Origin: Minutocellus sp. GHC0000111
Lineage: Eukaryota
NCBI GenBank assembly: GCA_977018835.1
Contig: OZ361261.1
Span: 1,860,001 to 1,924,000, forward strand
Direction of reading: 5' to 3'
Length of the DNA stretch: 64,000 bases
The notes under the pieces were generated by a model. That model did not search any database, was not told where the DNA came from, and was given only the letters and a program-made list of their open reading frames with translations. The translations under genes and the position numbers were made by a program. Positions 56,758 through 64,000 of this stretch are shown here, piece by piece. Each line of letters starts with the position of its first letter. Within the stretch, counting starts at the first letter, position 1.

Positions 56758-58385
56758 CTATACGCTGGAAAAAAAGCTTTCCCTTTTCGAAATGGTAACA
56801 ACGAGGGATACCGGTAAATGATCCTTTTTGTCTCCGAGGCGACCAAACAAAGATTCTTCTGTATTATCTGAAATCTCGATATCCTTGTCAAATACAACTT
56901 CTGCAAATTCCACCGCATCGACCAATGGTAGGCTTTCGTTTTCAAACACTTCGTAAGGAAGTGAATCGGGAGGAGTCGATGAAATAATTCCTCGAAGAAT
57001 CTCGGGTGTTGCAGATACGTTTTCAGCGACCATTTCCACGATGTCGATATCATCATCTTTCGCCAGTGCCTCCAGCACATGAATAGGTGCGCTCTCGTTA
57101 CATGCAATTCGTCCCTTGCAAACATTATCATTGAGTAAGAGTTCAAGCGTCGCTGCGCTTGCATTTTTGTTTCCTGCTACCCCCCTTCGCACTCTTTCAT
57201 CTTCAGAGGTTGCAAGACGGGCAAGGACTTCTTGCGAGGTATTTGGATTGCGGGCGACAAGGTGATCGTAACTCCCATCGTCCATCCCGATAAGGCGGGA
57301 CAGTAGAGCAGCATTGCTGCTATAGATAGCCATCAATGGACGGTGTTTTTTCTCGCTTCATTGAAAATGACATCGAAGTCTTTCTTGCGATTCTCAGCAA
57401 GAAACTCAAGGACAGCATCACTGTCATCTAATGCCAACCTTGACAAGAGATCCAAGCCAGCATTCGGATTTACCGCAACTCCAATACGGACTTGTTCCGA
57501 CGCGTCAATACTGAGCGAAATGAGCATGTCTCTCGGCGTCCTTGGGTTGGTGGCAACCGCAACTCGGACCGTTACTTCACGGTCGGCAGAGAGTTTACGC
57601 AGAACATATTCGGGAGTGGACGTATTTGAGGCGACATCTCTACGGACATAACGATCACCATGTTCCGATAAGAAATGCAAATCCAGCGGTCCGGTGTTTA
57701 GGTTTGTCGCAACTCGCCCCGAAATGGTAAGGTCGTCGTTTGCTCCTCGCAAGAGAACAGCAGAGAGAATTTCCGAAGAAGCGTTCAGGTGATGGGCGAT
57801 GTTCCAGAAGAGGCCCGGCTTAACCAGGCAGAGCAGCTTTGTAAGAATCTCAACCGAATTGCTGGGTCTAAAAGAGATCGTCTTAAGTTTCTGAGCACCG
57901 CAATCTGAACTGATCATACCTTCTATCACCGCATTCGATGTGAGAGGCGATTTGACAAGAATTTTCCACCCGAGCTCACTCAGTGTCCAGCCTGAGTCCT
58001 GTCCTGGGTATGCCGACGAAATAGGTTCCGTCAACATTTGGCGCAAAAGTGTAAGGTCTACATCGTCGGGGCGCTCAACTACTGGAAGCTTCAGCGCTCG
58101 CAAATCATCGGCCGGTAGATCATCCATGGCCTTGCGCCACTTTTGATCGCCTCGCAAGTGGGCAATACCCTCGGGGCCAGCATATCGCAGGAGCTTCGCA
58201 TATAGCTCGCCACCAAAGACCAACGCAATAGCCTTTTGATATAGCTCCTCTTCCGTCTCGGCGTTCTGAACTGAAGCTGCGGTGAGAAGTCGCTGCTTCT
58301 TGGTCTTGGGTTCGGAGTCTCCACGGTCATTATCATCTCCGACCGCCGAGCGAGATACGCCCGAGGTCTTGGCCTTGCCACTCAT
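56758..58385 (-). CDS. Leucine-rich-repeat-variant/HEAT-like repeat protein (frame break at about 57345)
   Basis: Tandem units of about 24 aa, D...VR..VA.NP.TP..L..L, run across ORFs 57333-58385 and 56758-57336. Confidence 0.7.
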
Positions 58386-58926
58386 GGGACCGAATCAAAA
58401 CAAATGTAAGCTTGGTGGCAAATGAATGATAGTTTGATGTAATATTCCACTCGCAGTGCCAATTCAGACCCCACTCGACTTGCTTGCACGAACGTCTCGC
58501 TTCGGGTGCGTGGTTCAGATAAATCTCGGCTCAGGTGGTGTTGCGCGGAATCAATCACCGTGGTCCGACCAGATCACCGAGGACGACTACTAGCTACGTA
58601 GAGATGGACACAAACCTTATGCCTCGGTGGTATCTGTCCTCATTCCGCAACCAGAACCGTGTACCACCAGCGTCAAATCCCCGCCGTTTTGCAAAAAATG
58701 AGCAGGCAGAGGCCGCTCATTTCGCTTTCCGTGTTCGTTCTTCGAGCGAGTTTATTTTGGGTCCGTCCGTCGCCTCCACCCAGCAAAGCTCAAATCAAAT
58801 CAGCACGTCTTGTGTCGGTTTGCGTACCTAGGTACTAGTATCTGCCATCTGCCGCTCTCCCGCAACCTTCTGCGTATACATTGGAAGACCAACACCACCA
58901 ACAAGAAGCAAGATTCGAGCAAGAAG

Positions 58927-61900
58927 ATGAAGGAGATAAAAAAGATGAAGGTGGTCGAACTCCGGGCCGAGCTAAAGCGGCGGGGTTTGCCCACCGACGG
59001 ACTCAAGGCGGTGCTGGCCGCACGGTTGCAGGACGACGAGGACCAGAAGCAGCAGGCGGAGGCTGCTGCTGTTGAAGAGGCACCTGCTGAAGAGGCAGCT
59101 GCTGAGGAAGAAATGGAGGTGGATCAGGAGGAACCAAATGCCGAAACTGCACCAGAGCCAGAAGAGGAGCCCGCGGCCGCTCCAGCTGAGCCGGCACCTG
59201 CGGTCGAACCGGTGGAACCAGCCAAGCCGGAGGAGGCACCGGTACCTGTACCAGCGCCAGCGGAGGAGGCGGAGGAAGACAAGATGGACGTATCCGGCGA
59301 TGATGACGAGGACGATGAGACGAAGGAGGCAGAGCCGGAGAATAACAACGGCAAGGAGGCCGAGCAAGAGAAGCCATCGGCGCCGGCAGAGGAAGCCAAG
59401 GCCGAGGAAGAAAAACCGGCGGCTGAAACAGCTGCAACTGCTGCGTCGGCGGCGCCTCCACCCCCGCCTCCTGCCCCAGTGACTGCGGCGCCAGCTCCCC
59501 CAAGCGCCGGCATTCAGCTGACCCCCGAAATCTCCTCCCTCCTCAACGCGGCCACGTCCCATCTCGAAACCCACCGCGTCCACCTGACCGAGCTGGAATC
59601 GTCCCTCCTACTATCGACCACGCTGCTCCGACATCCGGAGGGACGGTCCACTGCCCAGGCTACGAAGTTGCCAGGAGCGGTGAGAGACGCGTGGCACGCA
59701 CTGGGAGATGGCTGCCGGCCGATGGGACGGGAGGCCGCCGCTTCCGGAGAGGACTTGGGCGTGCTGGGCATCGAAGCGGCGGGTGCTGCAACTACATCTG
59801 CAGGAGGTGGCGCTGCTACCAGTGGTGGTGGGGAGGATGGGGGCGGTGCCAAGCCCGGCGATGGGATGGAGGTCGTCGTCACCCCCGGCCAATTGGGGGT
59901 GGCATCCCGTTCGGCGGCGCTGTCCACCGCCATCCATCGGGTGGTCGAGGTGTCGCAGCAGTTGGCCAAGACGAAGAATGGCGATGTAGAAGGAGGAGGA
60001 AAGAGCGAACAGCAAGTGCAGGTTGTCCGGGACGTAACGGACATGCTCCGCCAGATTGACGACGTGGCCAAGGAGGCCGAGGAGGCTGCTGCTGGTGGTG
60101 AGGCTGCTGCTGGCAGTGGTGGTGCCAAGATTATGGGCGCCGCCATCAATACCACCAAGGGATCGACCGACGTCCTCCTCGAGGCGTTCTACGCCCGCCT
60201 TTCCGAGGTGCGGGAGTACCATGCCAAGCACGAGGTGGCCGAGGACGCCGTCATGGCGGCCGTTGGTGGTGGTGGTGCAATGCCCGCCGCCGCTGCTACC
60301 GCTGCCGACGATGCTGCCATGGATATCGACGAATCGTCCCGTCAAAAGATACTGGCCCTCACGCAGGGTTCCAAACGGCGCAAGATCCGCCATGGCAACC
60401 CACAGGCCGATGGGTACGATCTGCACTCGCTGCTGCTGACGGAAATGTCCAAGGTCCGCGGAGGAGATCTGTACAGTCCCCAGGAGGTGTTTGGCAAGTA
60501 CCTCGATCTGACCGATGTGCACGATGGTCTGGCTGCCGGCGTGGGGGGTGGAAGTAGTAGTGGTGGAAGTGCCACGCTCCGGACGGAGCTGGCCAAGGTT
60601 GCTGCTGCCGCGTCGGCGTCGACATCGGCGGGTTCTGCAACGGCCAAGCCAGCGGCGTCCTCCGCCGACATGGAAGAAGAGAAGAAAGATGACGATGGCG
60701 CAAGTGCATCCGTCGCATTTCCCTACGTCGACTTCCTGTCGCTCCTCACCCAACCTCTGGGCACGCTTCTTCCCGAACCCACCAAGCTCAACAATCGCAA
60801 GGCGTACGTGCGATTCCTTTCGGCGCTGTATGACTACCTCCTTGGATTCCTTCGCCGGACGATGCCCCTGCTCGATGTCGAAGGGGAGGTCATCCGACCG
60901 GCGATGGACGAGTTCGAACGGACATGGGGTGAGACCGGGGGCTATCCAGGGTGGGAGAGCAGGGTGGCTGAAAAGGTGTTAGCATCGACGTCCTCCGGGG
61001 AAGGTAATGCCGAATCTTCAACATCGTCTGCAAGCACTGGCACAAACATTGACTTGGCATCCTACACCGGCCCTCAAGAGCTTTGTGATGCCATCGACGC
61101 CGATACTCTTAAGGCCGAACTGTCCCGCATCGGGCTCAAGTGCGGCGGTGCACCGCTTGATAGGGCCAAGAGACTCTTCCTCCTCAAGGATACAGCCTTA
61201 TCTGATCTTCCTAAGATGGTTTGGGCAAAGGGACGCGGCCCTCCACCTCCTACAGCTGCTGCCGATGGCGACAAAAAGCCCGAGGGAGCGTCAGATGGTA
61301 GCGACGGCGGTACCAAGGCTTCGGTATCCTCGGCATCCTCTGCCCTCACTTCGTCCTCTCTTGCCGGATCGTCTCGACGAATTGACGTCTCCCGACTTGA
61401 AGTAGCGACACAATCATTGCTTGGCCAGCTCCGTCCCACTCTGGATGCTACCGTCCGCCGTGCCGAGCGCCAACTGTACCAAACCTCCAATGAGCGAGAG
61501 AACGAGCTCGATGAGGAGATCAATGGCATCGCCGGAGTGCGGGGAAAGAAACCCAAGGATGGCAAGGACAAGGGCGACGAAGAGGATGGGGACAGTGACA
61601 ACGACAGCGACGAGGAGGATGCACCCATCTACAATCCCAAGGGCGTACCTCTTGGTTGGGACGGCAAACCCATCCCATATTGGCTCTTCAAGCTGCACGG
61701 CCTAAATCACTTTTACTCGTGTGAGATCTGCGGCAACGAATCCTATCGTGGCCGGCACAACTTTGAGAAGCACTTCCAGGAGTCCAAGCACGTCTACGGA
61801 ATGCGATGTTTGGGCATCCCCAACACCCGTCACTTCCATGGTGTTACCAAGATCGAGGATGCGCAGCATCTATGGGCCAAGTTGCAGCAGACTGTTGAGG

Positions 61901-62004
61901 GCAACGTCTTTGACGGTGAGAAGGAGGAGGAGTACGAGGATTCTCATGGCAATGTGCTTACGAGAAAAACGTATGGGGACTTGTCGAGGCAGGGTTTGCT
62001 CTAG
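58927..62004 (+). CDS. SF3A3: Splicing factor 3A subunit 3 (Prp9/SF3a60) with extra N-terminal SAP domain
   Basis: FYARLSEVREYH, E.FGKYLDL, GLKCGG...RA.RLF, YNPKGVPLGWDGKPIPYWLFKLHGL, CEICGN..Y.G...F..HF.E..H, EEYEDSHGNV...TY.DL.RQGLL. Confidence 0.95.
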   Translation: MKEIKKMKVVELRAELKRRGLPTDGLKAVLAARLQDDEDQKQQAEAAAVEEAPAEEAAAEEEMEVDQEEPNAETAPEPEEEPAAAPAEPAPAVEPVEPAKPEEAPVPVPAPAEEAEEDKMDVSGDDDEDDETKEAEPENNNGKEAEQEKPSAPAEEAKAEEEKPAAETAATAASAAPPPPPPAPVTAAPAPPSAGIQLTPEISSLLNAATSHLETHRVHLTELESSLLLSTTLLRHPEGRSTAQATKLPGAVRDAWHALGDGCRPMGREAAASGEDLGVLGIEAAGAATTSAGGGAATSGGGEDGGGAKPGDGMEVVVTPGQLGVASRSAALSTAIHRVVEVSQQLAKTKNGDVEGGGKSEQQVQVVRDVTDMLRQIDDVAKEAEEAAAGGEAAAGSGGAKIMGAAINTTKGSTDVLLEAFYARLSEVREYHAKHEVAEDAVMAAVGGGGAMPAAAATAADDAAMDIDESSRQKILALTQGSKRRKIRHGNPQADGYDLHSLLLTEMSKVRGGDLYSPQEVFGKYLDLTDVHDGLAAGVGGGSSSGGSATLRTELAKVAAAASASTSAGSATAKPAASSADMEEEKKDDDGASASVAFPYVDFLSLLTQPLGTLLPEPTKLNNRKAYVRFLSALYDYLLGFLRRTMPLLDVEGEVIRPAMDEFERTWGETGGYPGWESRVAEKVLASTSSGEGNAESSTSSASTGTNIDLASYTGPQELCDAIDADTLKAELSRIGLKCGGAPLDRAKRLFLLKDTALSDLPKMVWAKGRGPPPPTAAADGDKKPEGASDGSDGGTKASVSSASSALTSSSLAGSSRRIDVSRLEVATQSLLGQLRPTLDATVRRAERQLYQTSNERENELDEEINGIAGVRGKKPKDGKDKGDEEDGDSDNDSDEEDAPIYNPKGVPLGWDGKPIPYWLFKLHGLNHFYSCEICGNESYRGRHNFEKHFQESKHVYGMRCLGIPNTRHFHGVTKIEDAQHLWAKLQQTVEGNVFDGEKEEEYEDSHGNVLTRKTYGDLSRQGLL

Positions 62005-62314
62005 CTAGGCCTACGTAGAACACCATACAGCTAAGGTTGCTATATAGTTTTCACTTATAATAATGTTTTTGCTTTATGTGCATGTAACGACGACACACTC
62101 TATTCTGCATGTGCACCTGTCATGCATACTGTATTGTTACCTTTTCATAACACTATTATTACGTCGTATTTCAAGTCATCAAAATTGTCTACACCACGCG
62201 GCCTACCGGTATTTGCATATCATAATCTCGTGGGAGAAGAGTGACGTAATACTAGAGTAGGCAGATATAGGCACTTCTGCACTTCCACCGAAAGTCGGTC
62301 GGTTGCTTGGCTGG

Positions 62315-62815
62315 TTAATCATGAATTGGCACCTCGTAACAGTACTCGTCGTTCCCGAGGATGCTCTCCATGGTTACGGACTGTATGCCCTGACGCGGCC
62401 TTCGTGAATCGTCCTCCGAAGATGGCTTCACCGCGGATGATCTTCGGTGCATAAGGTGACTGCTCATCCGCCTGGTCCTGTCTAGAAATTCAACGATGCA
62501 TTCGTTGATGCTTTCAACGCCAGAGAGCGCCGAGGCGAGCGAATCCAAGCTGGTCCGGCGCCTTCGTCCGCTGCCTCGGCGACTTGAACGGCGAGGGCGG
62601 GAGCTCGCCGGCTGCTGCTTTGGCGCGTTTGTGGCAATCGCCTTGGCAGACAATTTTTTGACCAGTAGGCCTACATTGTCATCGTGACCTCGTTTGTTGG
62701 TGGTCGAATCCTTGTCGGCCACGACGCTGGCAGTTTCAGCCGAGTCATCGCACTTGACGGGGCTGCCTGAGGGCAAGTCGACGACCACTTCATCCACGGA
62801 GTAACAAGTTCCCAT
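62315..62815 (-). CDS. Small hypothetical protein with N-terminal acylation motif
   Basis: MGTCYS start and several RRxS motifs. Confidence 0.45.
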   Translation of the reverse strand: MGTCYSVDEVVVDLPSGSPVKCDDSAETASVVADKDSTTNKRGHDDNVGLLVKKLSAKAIATNAPKQQPASSRPRRSSRRGSGRRRRTSLDSLASALSGVESINECIVEFLDRTRRMSSHLMHRRSSAVKPSSEDDSRRPRQGIQSVTMESILGNDEYCYEVPIHD

Positions 62816-63366
62816 GATGATGGTTACACACATCAGGACAAGGATGTGGATGGAATGGGAGAAGGTGCAACGCTTGATATTTTGGGTATCTCTTGTGTTT
62901 TGGGAATTCCTATTGACTGAGCGAGAGGCTCGGCATGCGGACAAAGACTGCTCACTACTTTTGGCGTGTCAACTGCTACTTCCAAATACACAAGGCGACG
63001 CACATAATATGAAAAGTGACATGCATTGGGGGGAGTAGCCTTCGACGATTTCAGATGCCGAGTCCGAGTTCCGTATGTTATCGTAGTCGGATTTGTCGTC
63101 GGTCACGCGACGGCACGGTGTCCGAAGTCAATAGCAATCTGACTCTACTTACATGTCATGTACTTAGGCCTACACTTCGCAATAGTAGATCAAGTGCTGT
63201 GCGTGGCAACTTCAACGTGCAAAGTGATAAAATAAGTCAGAATAGAGGCTGAATTCGTGCTTGCCTTCAAGCTTCAACGTGGCCTGTAGTACCGTGAGTA
63301 TCTTTCTCGCGAAAGATACCATTGCCTTGGCCGGCGCTTCTGCATCGACACTCCCAGCAGCTGAAG

Positions 63367-63955
63367 ATGTCGTCCGAGGAAGTAACTCTCAAATGCAAAT
63401 GCGGCAAGATCGAGTGCAAGTTCGACGCACCGCCCCGGCTGGTCTTCAACTGCCACTGCCACTCCTGCGTCGGAGCGATGCGAACAATTGAGGGAAAGGA
63501 GGGCTTCGACGGCATCTCCGCCGCAGTGGAAGGAGGCGTCGGTGGTGCCATCTACAAATCCAACAACGTGTCGGTCGTCAAGGCATCCTCCGATGACATT
63601 GGCTTCGTGAAGGTCGGGGAGGCGGGCCAAATTTTTTAGGCCATACTGCTCTTCTTGCGGCACCATGGTGTTCAATGTCTTCCTGAAGAACTGGGTCGCT
63701 GCGAATCGCAATGCCATCACCAAGCGTGACGGTTCTGCCTTTGTGCCCGATGGCACCATCAAGAACATCAATTGCAAGTATGCCTTTGATCCCGAAGCCA
63801 CCCCCGAGCCCAAGCATGGCACTGTCCCCCTGAGCATGCTCATGAGGTTCATGCCTATTATCATGGGTTTCGGGTGCGATGGAAGCAATTCAACTGAGGC
63901 TCTCCTGCCGGAGGATATGGACAAGGTGGAGGTTGTCCCGATCACCTGGGAATGA
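63367..63955 (+). CDS. GFA/CENP-V-family zinc-binding protein (frame break at about 63635)
   Basis: CKCG...CHCHSC. Removing one T from the T-run gives RPYCSSCG in frame with ORF 63665-63955. Confidence 0.8.
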
Positions 63956-64000
63956 TCTGCCCAGAAAGACACTATTACACATGCACTATTACACATACGT

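Overview
Gene-dense eukaryotic nuclear DNA, most likely from a diatom. Evidence: short GT-AG introns, a bipartite signal+ASAF-like plastid presequence, and diatom-type MYND, Sel1/RING and solute-binding families. It holds about 27 protein genes, including housekeeping genes (FARSB, RPN11, RPS4, RPS13, NOP12, SF3A3, CAF-1 p60), signalling/ion genes (LETM1, PIP5K, PI-PLC, a TMEM65-GAF fusion), transporters and enzymes. About ten reading-frame breaks, mostly in homopolymer runs, look like assembly indels. Two mobile elements stand out. (1) A 490-bp non-autonomous LTR element (TRIM, 10413-10902) has 152-bp LTRs, a TGGT target-site duplication, a PBS and a PPT. Its LTR encodes a small tRNA-like structure whose CCA-matured 3' end would match the element's own PBS at 13/13 nt, making it a candidate self-supplied primer. 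(2) A decayed DD39D Tc1/mariner transposon (about 13.3-17.0 kb) has a 2.2-kb core with no RTAY tetramer and Tyr->Cys/His changes in conserved motifs, suggesting targeted TpA (A:T->G:C) hypermutation of repeats. All calls and counts were made by eye; no database search was run.
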